Shown here piece by piece: positions 26,300-40,213 of a stretch of 64,000 nt of DNA. The first letter of the stretch is position 1; each line of letters opens with the position of its first letter. The notes under the pieces are model-generated. The model was given only the letters and a program-made list of their open reading frames with translations, did not search any database and had not been told where the DNA came from. A program made the translations under genes and the position numbers. Source of the DNA: the human T2T-CHM13v2.0 reference genome, Homo sapiens; the NCBI RefSeq assembly GCF_009914755.1, contig NC_060937.1; one strand, written 5' to 3'.

Positions 26300-29200
26300 G
26301 TTTCTGAATGTCCTCTTCAGGCACAATTTTGCCTTGTGTTATCTGTGCTCTAAGTTCATGCTGCTTGTTTCCTGGCTATCTGCAAAAATAATAAAATAAA
26401 ATGCAGCTTCAGACTCCTGCATTTGCCACATATACTTTTCTTATGCTTTACAAACTTTATCCTAGTTATCAAAGACCAGGTGTTGCTGGATATTTCTGCT
26501 TTGGCTTCTACTTTTCTTTAATTCTGTCAACCCCTCCCTCATGTCTTTACACTGCAATTACATAGAGGTACTCAGTACAAAATATATTGTATCAGCAGCA
26601 TAGATGGCTGCAGAGATTGCCTTACAGTAGAAGGCAGTAGAAGTTTTTATGGTTTTATATGGAGAAAGAAAATTGTTTGCTAGCACTCAGATATTCTTCT
26701 CCTTAAGTTCGTTTCTCCCGACTTTGACTTTCACTATAAAATGCCCTGACTCACTTTTGGAACTGGAGCAAAGAGAACAAGAGAAGTGATCTAGAGTTGC
26801 TACTTCTTGCTTGGGCAAATAAATGCCTCATGCTTCCCCTGTCCCTTTAGTGTGAGTCACATAGAAGACTTTGGCAATTGATTTTTCTATTTATAATCAG
26901 ATATCCCCATAGGAATCTTTACTGGATTACTCTGACTTTAAAAAAGGAGAGAGATTTCTGTATTTAAAATGTTTCATAAAAATAATTGGGGAAAAGAGAA
27001 ACAAGAAATAAGAGATGGCTCAGGGCTTAGATGCCTGTGTCCCCTAATTTGCCCCTGAGATGGAGGACATTCCTGCCTTCTGCTGCGTCAGCCTCCTTCC
27101 ACTGGCTCTTCAACCTCCTGGACCTCAGTGTGGCTTTCCAGGTGTGGCCACTGGCTGGCCTTGGGCCTGTCACCACTCCTTTCATCTGATGCCTTCCCCC
27201 ACTGAAGGCCATAGGTTTATCTTCCACCATCAGTTTGTCTTATTAAAACTGGCCACTCGACCCTTGCATTTTCTGTGGTCTCACAAAATAACACCTAAGG
27301 ATAAAGACAGTAAATCCAGAATACACTTTGTTTAATTCCTCATGTTGAGGATCATTTTTGATCATTGCCTGCTCCAACAAGCCAGAAAAAAAAAGTCCAA
27401 TAAAATATATTATGCAGTATCTCTTTATAAATTGTTTTCTTGAATAGTTATGAGTGGAGTCCATTGGATTCCCATTTATAACAGAGTTTAATGTAGTGAA
27501 ATTCCTGCTGACTGATATTGGAAATGAAAGTTTCATTTATAAGGATGCAATTAAAGCATTGCCAAGTTAAAAATGTCATGTTGCTCTTTGTCAATGAGGT
27601 TCATTATGCTATATTATTATATCTGTGTGAATCCTTTCTTCTCAGGAGCGAAATGTTCTTTCTGAATATTAACCAACTGCTACAAAATTCTTCAGAGATT
27701 ATTATTCTTTCAAATTACATGAATTTAAAAATCATTTACTAATGAATCCTCCTGAATTTCTCAGAAAAAGAAAGAACTCGAGCAGATTTACCCATTGGTA
27801 AAGGAAACTGCCCCTTCTCTGATATTGGGTTGGTTAGTAACCATTCAGTTGCATTTTTCCTGCACTTTCATGTAAGTCAGTCATAGATGCAGAAGGGCAT
27901 CCTGGTGGGAAGTAGCATTTTACAGCCTTTAAGCAGACTGTTTTTCTAAATATAATAACAATGAAAACTATTTGGATACACATGTAAGTCCTCTGTGAGG
28001 CTTGAGTCTAGATGAAATATCAGAGTCTACTGCAACATCCAGTCTGAGGGTGCCTTTGAACCATTTCAGGACAAAAGCAAATTAAACTTGGAATCCTATC
28101 CCAACTTCATTACCTAGCTGAATGTACTCACAGTTCATCTAACCTAATTGCTCTTCCTGCTTCCTCCTGACAGTAAATGAAATAATAATGACAATTATTT
28201 TAAAACAGTAAAGGGATATATAACTTAGTGGTTGTTATTCTGATTACTACTGTGTGTCTCCTCTGCTTCACAATGGGTAGAGTTTAGTTTGATGGGTGGT
28301 TCACCTTTTGGCTCCTGCTATTTGGCTTAATTGATGATTGGCAGGCAATCTGGCTTAAATCTGATGACCTTTCTTCAGGAAAGGAAGGGTGAAATGAAGA
28401 GATGGTAAGAATTCCTCCCATATTTCCTGATCTATCTTTGGTGGCCCAGGCTTCCAGAATTCCCTGAATCACACTCCTCTGCAGAATCCTTGCAGTAATG
28501 GTTGACCATAGTATGGAGAGTGACTGTCCTGTTATCTACTGTTGGTGTGGCTAGACTTATTCTGCCAGCTTATCTGCTGGCTCCCAGGAACCCAGTGGAA
28601 TGGGAGTCCTGGCATGCAGTGCCCTGTGAATTCAATTTCCAGGCAAAACCAAGGAAGAGCTTTCCTTTCGAGAATGCAGCTGACACTGACATCCTCAACA
28701 ACACTTTAAATACAATGATTACAGTAAACAAAAATACAATGTCGTAAAAAAGAAAAATGACTCTTAGATATTACCCAGCAAGGAAACCACAGTGTTCCAG
28801 AGAATTGTAATGCCCCATGATAGCCCTTAAACTCCCTCACCACTCCTACTTTTTGATAGAAAGATCTGTAAGGGCTACATGACCTTAGGCTCTACTCCCC
28901 AGCAAGGTCAGTTTTGTTCTATGGAATATACTATAATGTTGATTGTTGTGTTCCCATAAGGTCAGCACATCTCCAAGGTCTGTCCTAACAGATAAACTTT
29001 TGGATCAGTGGTGAGCAGACTAGGACAGGTATAACATGTGCTCCCTAACCAGCTTCCTGAAGTGGCTCATGGTTGAATTTTTGGGAATCCTTTATCACAA
29101 AGATGGAGAAATTGGGGACCAGAAGGTTGAATGTAAGCCAGTTCCTTTTCCCCAGAGGCTTCCCTCTCACCTGAAAGGGCATTTTTGGGTGAGCCTCATC

Positions 29201-32200
29201 GTTGAAAGAAAGTGGGATACAAACAAAACAAAAAATAAGAATGTGTATTGGCCCCCAAGCAGACACCCTAATTTAGGGATTAATGGATATCATAGATATA
29301 AGTACACACTTAAAAAAAACAACTAATGCTCTTTGATAGCTTAAACCTTAAGTCTTTAATTTTATGCACATTATTATTTTTTATTTTCCAATTTAAAACA
29401 TTTGCTTCGTTAAATAAAACACACATTAAGGAAACCACATAGGACCATGTGTGATATAATAAGTTATCAGAAGGTTGAATTCTTACATTTACTACTCAGG
29501 CTAAGAAATTAGTCTGTGGCCATGCTGGAGCCCTGTGTCCCATCCTAAGTTTGTTCTCACTCTCTTTCTTCAAAAGAGATCATTATCTTGGTGCCTAGTC
29601 CTTCATTTATTTATTCACTTATTCAACAAGCATTATGGTGTGCCTGGCATATGTCAAATCTTTTCCATCTGAAAGATTCAGAATGGCCTCTTAGGTATAT
29701 GAGATAACATTCTAAATTAATTTTATTCTCCTGGCCTGCAAATTTATTCTCAAAAACTGCTAGTTATATGGTTGCTCTGTTTACTTGGGGACAGGTAGGC
29801 TGGTTCATACATTTACTAATTAAATTACTTTTATTGCTAACTCTGAATATTTAATGCCTTGTTTGGCAATTATGAGAGATATGAGTAAACCACAGTCTTT
29901 GCTTCTACAATGATTATACATTATCCAAACATAATGCAAAGGAAATGTTACCAGTAAGAATGCCAGAGGCCCTTTTCCCCTAAATTCTCATGTGCCTCGT
30001 TCCAGGAAGAAAAAAAGAAAGATTTAGGATGTTTCTTTCTATATCAGTCATTCCCTTGGAGACAAGAGAGAATGAGGCAAGATGTATTGGATTGTTCCTT
30101 AGTGTTTTTCCATTATGCCTCTCCATCTACAGATTGTGCCCTCCAACAATTTCCTCCCTCTAATTCAAACGCAGTGCTCTTGGGAACTTATTTTATGTGT
30201 ACCCAATAAAATGGCATTAATCTGATAGTGGTTTGTTCAAACTCACACAAAATTTGAAGCAAGTGCTGTGTTCCACCAGCCAGATGTCATATTTGGTAAA
30301 AGAAATATGGGGTAATCAATTTTAAAGTCCTCCAAGTTTTCCTATACTGTGAAATTTAGGGAGGTAAAATTAGGATTGAGGCAAAAGGATCTGGATCTCC
30401 TGAAAAAATATGGTTGTGCACTTAGTGTTGTACACATCTTTCCTAACCCTCTATTCCTTGGACTGTTTGTACTCAGGGTCAGGGAGTGGTGAGGCTCTCA
30501 TTGGCATGACCATTTAAGGGGTTCAGGAGGTGTGTACTCCACAGAAGGCATTGCTGAACCTGTGGAAGAAATGCTAACAAGAATTTGAAGAATCAGACTC
30601 CAGGAATGGGAAACACTATTCTGAAATAATGGAGGAAAAGAGACCACATTCCTTTCTTGGGGGCTGGGATCAAGAAAGGGCCCCCAGGTGGGCCAGGAAC
30701 TCACCTGGGCTGGATCCATGCAGAGTTTGTTCATGGTTATTAGAGATTATGCCTTTAGAAGTGACACTAGTGGGCACCCCTGAAATGACCTCCAACACAC
30801 CCCCTAGGGGAGTACACCCTGAGTTTCCCGAAAAATGAGGAACCACTGACAACAGAAAGAACTGGTTTTCTTTGTGTGGAGGGGTTAGTCCCTGGGAGGG
30901 AATAATCTTCCTTCAGTCTCAATAGCTAAAACTGTGGGGAAGTGATGAATGGTAGACTTGAGACTTTCCTTTGCTGTTAAGGATGATGGACTAGATGATG
31001 GATGCTGTTAAAGATGATGATGTTTTGGGACATCAGAGCAACCAATAACTAAACAGCAGCCTGTGATAGGCTGGAGCAGGTTGTCACTAGGAAGACAGGG
31101 AGTATTCAAGTCTGGCTTTCTCTAAATCGTGAAATCATTATTCTCACTTTGATGGTTTTAGGCTAATTTGACTTGGTAAAGCAAAGATTACATAAAAAGT
31201 TCAGATTGTGGCTGAAACACAGGCATGTCCTTCAATCTGTAAAAGATAAAGGCAATTAAAAAATGAACTGTAAATGAAGACATATTTTTGCTAAATGTTG
31301 GAATAATTGTTAAAAATAATTATTTTGCTTTATAAACATATATTTCCAGGAGGGCTGTCAAAGGCACTGTGGTTAGGATACATACACTTATTTTTTAAAA
31401 AGTTAAAGATCTGTTTTTCTTATAAAACTGTTCATCCCTTTTGTGCTTGACACATGCTACCAGAGATACAAAGTAGATGGAAAGGAATCATGCCCTCTCA
31501 GAGTCACGATCCAGCAAAGAACCTGAAAATGACAATCTGACACCCAAGTCCAAGCTCTTAACTACTATTTTACACTGATTCTCAGAATTGCTTGGAAGAT
31601 TAAATAAGATGATAATAAGAGTGCATCATAACCTTATGGCCAAATAGAATACCATTCACTAATAAAGCAAATGTTCTGTACATTTCCTTCCATATCTATA
31701 TCAAATTATTCATCAAGAACATCAAAATGCTATTATCCATCCACAACTAATATTTACAACCAACATTTTAGTAAGTTAATTTTAGGTAAATTAATTGAAA
31801 CACGGCCTGTATATATATTTTATGTGAAAGTATTAATAGTGAAGTCAGAAACGTTGCATGAGTGTCTCTCCTTAGCTTTTTATACCTATTCTGTGGAAAG
31901 ATAATTTAAAGAAGGTGAAATAGCCCTTGCAAATGATAGCTGGCTGGCTGACTCACTGCTATGACTTGCTTTGGTAGCTGCTGCTTCTGTCTTGCCTGTG
32001 TTTTAGGGGGAAAATATACCTGGCAAATTCCTCTAATGTGCATTGCACCATACTTGGAGAAAATGAAATCTTCACATAATGTCAAAGAAAAAACCAGCAT
32101 CACACAGCCTTTTTGTACAATTAGGGATAATTCTACCTAAGTGGAAGAAGGGAAGGGCAAAATAGAACATTCAGCAGGTCATCTCTCCAGGAAGTGTTTA

Positions 32201-32702
32201 ATACTGAGGCGTTTTGGGTGTTCGTGTTGTGCTTTAAGCTGTTACCATCTCTCAAGCCTCCCTACTTATTTATTATAAACATTTAAAGCTGAGACCTTTA
32301 CAAAAGGCCAAAATTAACAGTGAGTGCATTCACACAATGAAAATGTATTTGAATGAGATTTCTCTGCTGTTAGATGGATCGTCAGTGGCATTGTCTCAAA
32401 GGATATTTGTGCTTCTCTCCTTGTCGTTTGGCTTTGACAATCAGAATGATGAAGATTCCTGTAGTAGAAGTGTGCATGTAAATGGAATTTTTTTAACCTA
32501 TTTTATGAACACTTCCTGAGTCCCTACTGTGGACTGGATGTGCATGTTCTTGAAGAACTCATAATCTAGCAGAAGATGTAAATAAATAAATCTATAGAGT
32601 AGGATGTGATGAAATGTTGGAGAGAAGGGTGTTTATTTGCCCTGGGGACCCTAAACAGGTTGTGGCTAACTCCGCCTGGAGGATTTAGGGGAGTAATAAT
32701 GA

Positions 32703-32777
32703 ATAAAACATTCATTATCTTATTCAATCTGTATTGAAATGGATAAAACATTTATTGTCTTATTCAATCTTTATTGA
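32703..32777. repeat. Tandem duplication, period 40 bp
   Basis: ataaaacatt[c/t]att[a/g]tcttattcaatct[g/t]tattga at 32703 and 32743. Confidence 0.9.
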
Positions 32778-34399
32778 TTGCTTCAGTGTATGCCATGCAC
32801 TGTATTTGGTGCTAGGAACACATGGGTGACAAGACAGCGTTGTGAAGAACTGCAAAAGATCTGAGGTTTCTACCCTCCTTGCCAGCCAATGAGCTTAAGG
32901 CTTTCTCTCCGTCTGAGAAACCATCAATAGTCGATGTTCCCTTCCTCTTCCTGCTTGCTAATACTCCCCAGAGCAATTCTACCACTGTTTGAACTAGCCA
33001 CTGAATAGGAGGACACTGACAACTTTGGGTGGCAGCTTTCCAGTTCTTCAGAAACTATTAAACTGGCAACAGAGAAGAAGCGGAGCTTGCTGGGACTAGG
33101 CCTGCAGGTTTGAAAGTTGCTTCAGCAGCAGAGCACCAGCATCTGAGCTCCCTTTTTTGGCTGCATGTCGGCCCTGGGATGACAGTACAGTAGTGACATG
33201 AGAAAGAGATCTATTAGCAAGAGACTCAGCTGCTTCTGAAGAGGTGGGCTTTCCTACCAAGTGAATATTCTTTTGATGGCAAGCCTACTACAATGCGCTC
33301 ACTGTGGAACTAACCTAAGGACATTCAAGAATACTTCAGATGTCCTAAAATGTGAGAATGTACTGCTGAGCCAAATAAGACATTCCTGATGTGTTGGATT
33401 TTGGAACTTAGTTTGATTTAGGACAAAAGACCAGGAGGCATATCTCTCTACATTTTTCTAGCATCTGTGACATTGAAGACAGAAGAAATGTTAAATTTGT
33501 TTGATTGTTAAAGACAAAACTAACATGTGTCAAAGACAATGTCATAATTTATTTTGTTTATTCTGGGATAACTTTCTAGAGTAATGTGTATCAGATTAGT
33601 AATGGGGTCTTGATGGGAGGCATTGTTGTTCATAGCGACTCTGAAAGACCACATGCAGCAAGGTATTGGGATGCTTAGAAGATTTGCCAAGTATTCAGGG
33701 TGAAGTAGCAGGTGCACAAATGGGCAATCAGGGCACAGCCAGGTCGGCAGAGCCAGAATTGTCCCTGCCCTGCTTCCATACCTCTACCAACCGTCACCTG
33801 CAGGCTGCACACATTTCCATATGAAGAGTGATTCCTGACTCTTGAGGAAACATAAAAGGTGTTGTAACTGAGATAAAATTTGCTTCAGCTTAAAGAATTC
33901 CTTCTATTATTTCCTGTGACTTGCATTTTATTTTTTATTTCCTTTGACTTGTGTGACATGTAGGATCCTTCTCTCCTGAGATCTCTCTTGACTGTAAACT
34001 AATTACCCATTGTGACATGAAAACAAAATATGCTTCAAATTTCCAAGAACTGTGGATCTTAAAGAGAGTCATTGTTTGTTCAGTGGAGATGAGGGGTTTG
34101 AAGATGTAATTGGAAGAGGTAAGCTTTTGTGTATGAGGAAAGGAAATATAAAGACATTGGGGAAGATCTGGGAGAAGGAGAACTGCTGGGGTGGAGGAAG
34201 AAGAAATAAGAAAAACCTGGTTGCTGAGGTGAAGAAGACATTTGGGAGAAAAAGGAATACATGTAGAGAAGATTCCTTCTCCACGCCCCAGTAAAGTCTT
34301 CCCACATAATATGTAAAGTCAACCCTTTTCCTTGCAACTTCATGAAATCTTCAGGAAGATAGTGGTTCCTCATTCATCTATTGAGAAGTCAGAGCTGTT

Positions 34400-34535
34400 T
34401 ATTCCCTGCTTTTCCTACCAGAAGTTCCATGAGGGCAGGAGGACAGCCTGCTTTGTTCTCTGCTTTACCCCGGCACCAAGGACAGTGCTTGGTAGAGTGG
34501 ATATCCAGAAAATACTTCAACAAATAGATGACTTA
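34400..34535 (+). mobile_element. L2 3'-end relic
   Basis: agaagttccatgagggcagga...caaggacagtgcttggtagagtgg. Confidence 0.65.
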
Positions 34536-34539
34536 CTTA

Positions 34540-34578
34540 TTTACAAATAAATGCTTTTGTTTACAAATAAATGCTTTT
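34540..34578. repeat. Tandem duplication, period 20 bp
   Basis: tttacaaataaatgctttt occurs twice in tandem. Confidence 0.9.
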
Positions 34579-34838
34579 ATTTTTGTGATTGTGTTGAACA
34601 AAAAGATTTTTCTTCACATATCATCCTGCTTCAAATAATACCTATTTCTAGAATGATTTTTTACCTTTCCTAATGATAAAAAATATATAAATTATTTGAT
34701 ATTTTAAAAATACACAATAATGTGAGGCAAGAAAGCACCCACAATATCATCGATGTTAGGAAACTTAATTCTTTTATGTAGTCTTTCTTGTCTTCTTTGC
34801 ATACACCATTTTTATACAGCGTCATTTCTGGCTGGTGT

Positions 34839-35010
34839 TTTAAGGCAAAATGGATATATTGAGGTCACAGAGCCATTGGAACAACTGAAGGAAGAGATTT
34901 TAAGACTGGCCTTTTGGAAATAACTTTAAGGCAAAATAGATATAATGAGGTCACAGAGCCATTGGAACAACTGAAGGAAGAGATTTCAAGATAGCTTTTG
35001 GAAATAACTT
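34839..35010. repeat. Tandem duplication, period 86 bp
   Basis: tttaaggcaaaat...gaggtcacagagccattggaacaactgaaggaagagattt...ttttggaaataac starts at 34839 and 34925. Confidence 0.97.
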
Positions 35011-35149
35011 CACATTTATCCTGTTCTCTTTCCAAGTTGCATTCATAAAACTTAGATTGTACATAGGGCATTGCTCGCAAGGGAGTATGGGAATGTAGTT
35101 TTTAAGGCACCAAACCTTTTCTTGTGTATTTTTGTAGTTTTCTTTTGTC

Positions 35150-35470
35150 TGGACCTCTCTTTCTGCAGCTGGCTCTACAACTAACCTATTGACATATTTC
35201 AAATCTGAGTTCAAAAGTCAACTCTGATGAGACGAGAGACTTTATCTGCTCACTGACTCACAGCTTACCTCTCCCACTTACTCTACCTTATTACCCAGTT
35301 TATTTTCTTTGTAGCATTAGTGGCAATCTGTAATTATTTATTTATGTCTCTTGGCTGTCTCCACTACTAGAATGTAAGCTCCATAAAAGCAAGAACTTTG
35401 TCTTTCAATACTGTATCCTCAGTACCTAACATTTTGCCAGGGCTTTATGTATTTTATACACATTTGTAAT
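35150..35470 (+). mobile_element. L2 3' region
   Basis: ctgtctccactactagaatgtaagctccataaaagcaagaactttgtc...ctgtatcctcagtacctaaca. Confidence 0.75.
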
Positions 35471-35489
35471 ACGATCAATTCACCAAAAG

Positions 35490-36000
35490 TTGTACATTTA
35501 GTTTCTTTCCAGTTTACTATAAACACTGCATGATGAGCATCTTTACATAAAAATATTTGTCTACGTTTCTGATCATTTCCATAAGATAGACTGGTAGGAG
35601 TTATTGAATTGGTAGGTATGGAACATCTTATCTCTTATATTCGCCAAACTGCTTTATAAGAATATGGTTCTATTTACTTTCCTGCCAGCAAAGTGTGAGC
35701 TTCCATTTTATCACATCATCACTGGAATTGAATATTTTCATATTTAAATATTTGCTAATTTTTCTCACTAAAGCTTAGAGGGTGTGTTTTCTGATAAATA
35801 TTAAGTTTTATTATATTATGGATATTTATGCTTGGTCATATTTTTGAAATAAAATTTACATTGTTTTATTCTATGTTAGAAGTCTTACATTTATATGTAG
35901 TCAAATCAATTGATTTTTTATTTGTGATTTCTGTCATTATTAAGAAAGTTTTTGTCCAGAGCTCAGATGAATATTCCATATTTGGTTCTTTGATGTTTTC
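35490..36000 (-). mobile_element. Old L1M relic
   Basis: gtttctttccagtttactat...tgatgagcatcttt...gccaaactgcttt...cctgccagcaaagtgtgag matches an antisense L1 ORF2 end. Confidence 0.6.
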
Positions 36001-36211
36001 AATATTTCAACTCTTTGAGAAACTTTTTAAATCAAATTTATTGTAATAAACTGTATTTTAAGGTTTTTTAAAAAATTCTCTCCTTTCCCAAACTTGAAAC
36101 TGGCTCCCGTTAGTAAAGAACATTGGCTCATATTAATAGAAAACATTGACTAAGGAACCAAACATAAATCACAAACAAAAAAGAAAAGAAAAGTAAAGCT
36201 TTCATATCTGT

Positions 36212-36576
36212 CATATTAGTCCATTTTCATGCTGCTGATAAAGACATACCCAAGACCGGGCAATTTACAAAAGAAAGAGGTTTAATGGACTTATAGTTCC
36301 TCATGGCTGGGGAGGCCTCACAATCATGGTGGAAGGCAAGGAGGAGCAAGTCACATCTTACGTGGATGGTGGCAGGCAAAGAGAGTTGTTCATGGAAACT
36401 CCCATTTTTTAAACCATCAGATCTCATGAGACTCATTCACGATCATCAGAATAGCACAGGAAAGACCTGCCCCCATAATTCAATCACCTCTCACTAGGTT
36501 CCTGCCATGACACCTGGGAATTGTGGGAATTACAATTCAAGATGAGATTTGGGTGGGGACACAGCCAAACCATATA
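36212..36576 (-). mobile_element. THE1C-like solo LTR
   Basis: tattagtccattttcatgctgctgataaagacataccc...gcaagtcacatcttacgtggatggtggcaggcaaagagag...acagccaaaccatat. Confidence 0.93.
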
Positions 36577-37219
36577 GTTTTTTATATCTGTTTATTCTTA
36601 TACCAGCATTAAGCAACTCTGAAAATCACATTCAAACATTCATCCCTCATTTTAATTTTATTTACAAACATAAATTAATATTCTACCCAGGTTCTAAATT
36701 GAATAATACCATTGGACCCGGTTTACTTAGCACATGTTGTGATTGTTTCAATATTAACCGATATTCAATATCATTATTATTATTGGATGATAAGGTTTGT
36801 ACATGGACCTAATTTCAGATTTGAAACTGATCATAGTGACTTCCCAAAGCAAAAATGAATGGGGAAATTTTGGTTTTAGTGATGCACAAAGCCAGTCATC
36901 CTCCGTGTCTGATTCTAGAGTGAACAGAAATGACTTCCCATAGTCCCTTTAAAGTTTTAACCTATCAAATAAAGTCCTTTAGTCTAATCTCCTTGAAAAA
37001 CACCATTTTTCAAGTTTCCTGTTATTAACTTCATGTCAGAATTCAAATCCCCAATGTTTTAAAGAATGTCATTGGTTACTATAACAATTAACTTACTTAA
37101 TTCAACAGAGTGCCTTCCTAGACATGAATTATGCAGTGATCTTGAAAGAACAAAAGATAGTACAAAAAAGAAATCCAATTTCTCTTTTTTTTCTTTAGGA
37201 GTACTAGCTTTAATTAATT

Positions 37220-38331
37220 TATCTTTTACTTTCAGCTTTTATTTTAGATATAGGTGGTACATGTGTAGGATTGTTACATGGGTATATTGGACCCAGGTTG
37301 TGAACCTAGTACCTAATAGGTAGTTTGTAAACCAGTGCTCCCTTCCTCCATCCCCTCCTCTAGTAGTCCTCAGCATCTATTGTATCTATGTTTATGTTCA
37401 TGTGTATTCCATGTTTAGCTTCCACTTGTAAGTGAGAACATGTGGTATTTGGCTTACTCTTCCTGTATTAATTCACTTAGGATTATGGCCTCCAGTTTCA
37501 TCCATGTTGCTGCAAAGAACATGATTTCATTCTTTTTTATGGTTGTGTAGTATTCTATGCTATATATGTACCATATTTTCTTGATCCAATCCACCATTGA
37601 TGGGTATGTAGGTTGATTCCGTGTTTTTGCTATTGTGAATAGAACAGCAGTGAACATCTGAATGCAATATAATGATCTATATTCCTTTGGATATATACCT
37701 AGTAATGGGATTGCTAGGTCAAATGGTAGCTCTGTTTTAAGTTCTTTGAGAAATCTCCAAACTGATTTCTAAAGTAGTTGAACTAATTTACATTCCCACG
37801 AACAGTGTACGAGTTCTCTTTTTCCTGCCAGCCTTGCCAGCATCTGTTGTTTTTTGACTTTTTAATAATAGCTATTTTGACTGGTGTGAGATGGTATCTC
37901 ATTGTGGTTTTGATTTGCATTTTGATGATGATTAGTGATGAGCATTTTTTCATATGTTTGTTGATCACATATATATCTTCTTTTGAGAAGTGTCTGTTCA
38001 TGTCTTTTGCCCACTTTTTAATGGGGTTATTTGTTTTTTGCTTGTTAATTTGTTTAAGTTTCCTATAGATTCTCGATATGAGACCTTTGTTGGACACATA
38101 ATTTGTGAATATTTTCTCCCATTCTGTATGTTGTCTGTTTAGTCTGTTGATGATTTCTTTTGCTGTGCAGAAGAAGCTCTTTAGTTTAATTAGATCTCAC
38201 TTGTCAATTTTTGTTTTTGTTGCAATTGCTTTTAGGGAGTTGGCCATAAATCCTTTACCAAGCTTGATGTCGATGAGGATATTTCCTAGATTTTCTTCTA
38301 GGAACTTTATAGTTTGAGGTCTTACATTCAA
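37220..38331 (-). mobile_element. 5'-truncated older L1PA (L1PA13-16-like)
   Basis: Minus-strand ORFs 37454-37657 and 37783-38097 are ORF2p C-terminal peptides ([20 protein letters not shown]; WMKLEAIILSE). The 3'UTR and T-tail lie to the left. Confidence 0.93.
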
Positions 38332-38424
38332 TTTTCCTAATTTATTGTTTTCTTTCTTAGAATAATCATTCTCTTCTACTCCAATTTGAAAAAAAAGAAA
38401 ACTTCAGGAGTAGAAAGAGAGATG

Positions 38425-38593
38425 ACTTTAATTTGCAGAAAGTATGGGTTCACCTATTTAGGCCTTATCAATGAGAACTCTTAAAGAAACAGCCTTTGAG
38501 TATACAGTACTGTGGCACACACCCCTAAGGAACCTTCTATGAGTCATGACCTTGTATAATTCCTTTTTCTTGAGTGGAACCTGAGACTTGCCT
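38425..38593. repeat. Copy 1 of a ~169-bp dispersed direct duplication (copy 2 at 40214-40382)
   Basis: Ungapped manual alignment with about 20 mismatches. Confidence 0.95.
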
Positions 38594-39107
38594 TTAGCCA
38601 CTACAATATGACAAAAGTGATAGAATGTCACTCCAGTGATTTTGTTAACTTATACACAAAGGTGAAAGGATTTTTGCAGAAGCATTAAGTCCCTAGCCTT
38701 TTGTTTTGAGCTAATCAAAAGAGAAATTTTACTGGGTGGGGTTGACCTAATCAGGTAAGCCCTTTAAAGGAAAAGCCAGGCCTTCCCTGGAGTTAGAGCT
38801 TCAAAGCAGCAGAGACTCTCGCCCTCCTTTCCTGGCTTTGAAGAAGCAAGTTTCCATACATCCTATAGCCACAAGGAAATGAATTCCACAAACAACCTGT
38901 GGTTGCTGGGAGGTAAAGTCTACCCCGTACAAGTCTCCAGATGAGAATGCAGCCAGATATGCACCTTCATGTCAGCCTCCTGAGTGGAATACCCACCTAA
39001 GTTGTGCCCAGACTCCTGATCTGCAGAGCTGTGAGATCATGAGTAGATGTTACTTTAAACATCTTGTTTGTGGTCATTTGTTATGCTGCACTGGAAAATG
39101 AAAACCA
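38511..39107 (+). mobile_element. MLT1E-family solo LTR
   Basis: tgtggca...cccctaagg...gagacttgcc...tgacctaatcagg...gtctccagatgagaatgcagcc...tttgtggtcatttgttatgc...ca. Confidence 0.85.
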
Positions 39108-40213
39108 GAAGTCTCCTTGATGGCATCAGCTAAGGGAGGAAGAATTCCTTCTCTCAGACATACCAAAATGTGCAATTTCCTTTTCAGTCTGCAGATTAAT
39201 TTGAATGTTGTCATTCTAATTTGAAATAATACCCCTCTGACAAATAGTAGCAGTTACTCCTGTGGATTTTGTGTTTCTTTGTAATTCGACTACTCGTCCT
39301 ATTTTTTCTATCCTCATTTAAGTCATTTTACTTCCAAGCTCAGATGGATATCCCTCTTCCACTTGCCTTTGTGTTTGATGATCTGATCTCTTCTTCTGCA
39401 TGTTATTTCTACTTTGCCTTTGCTGGGTTATTTCTGTATTTCTTCCTCACTTCTCGCTTATTTCTATTTTTATTCCCATTCTGGGTCCACTCGTGCTTCT
39501 CCTCAGGCCACTCAGCATCCAGGAAATTTCTGTCTCCACGTCTCTTCTAAGATTTACCTGTACTTAAGAATTTCCATTTTCTGAATGATGTTTCAAATTT
39601 AGAAATGTGGATTTAGGTCTATTTGCTTTGTAAGATTTATGTTTCATAAATTTATTTATTTTCCTTGAGAATTAGTGAACAAATGGTTAGGTAACCTTGA
39701 GTGGACATGAAGCTTTTCATCGGAATTGGATACAGATTGTATTTAAACACCTCATCAAAGATTTAGGACTGTGGGATTGTCATTCATAGGTTGTGAGTGA
39801 GCACAAGGACCCTTCCCATGGGGTGGTTGACCTTTTGTTTTGAGAGCCAGAGTGCTGCAAGGAAATGTAGTTATTCTTTGACTGGAAGATGTCTTTTCTG
39901 TTCTGAATGTTCTGAGGTATGTGGATTCTTATCTATAATTACCTTCCCTTAAGTCAATCTGCATGCTAAAGCCTCCCCCAGGTCCTGCATCTGTGCCTCA
40001 TTCTTTGAAGCTGGGATTCAGAATATATTATAACAGAATAAATTATAAAGATTGCTTGGGTGTTTCCTGTACCAGGACATAGCAGTGGTTTGGTGTCCTG
40101 CCCATTTGTGTGGCAGGAAATTCTTTTGTTTGTGCTGGTGAATCGTTTTGTCTGGGGCTTCTTTCTTTGCTAAAAATCTTGCATTCTTTCATTTGGCAAG
40201 CATTTTGTCAACA

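Noticed and set aside
30480-30900. Overlapping ORFs in a GC-richer block
   Set aside because: No homology or splice support. More likely an old repeat relic that I cannot name.
32841-32900. Short LTR-terminus-like fragment (tgtgaagaactgcaaaagatctgagg)
   Set aside because: Only ~55 bp, and the family is not reliably identifiable.
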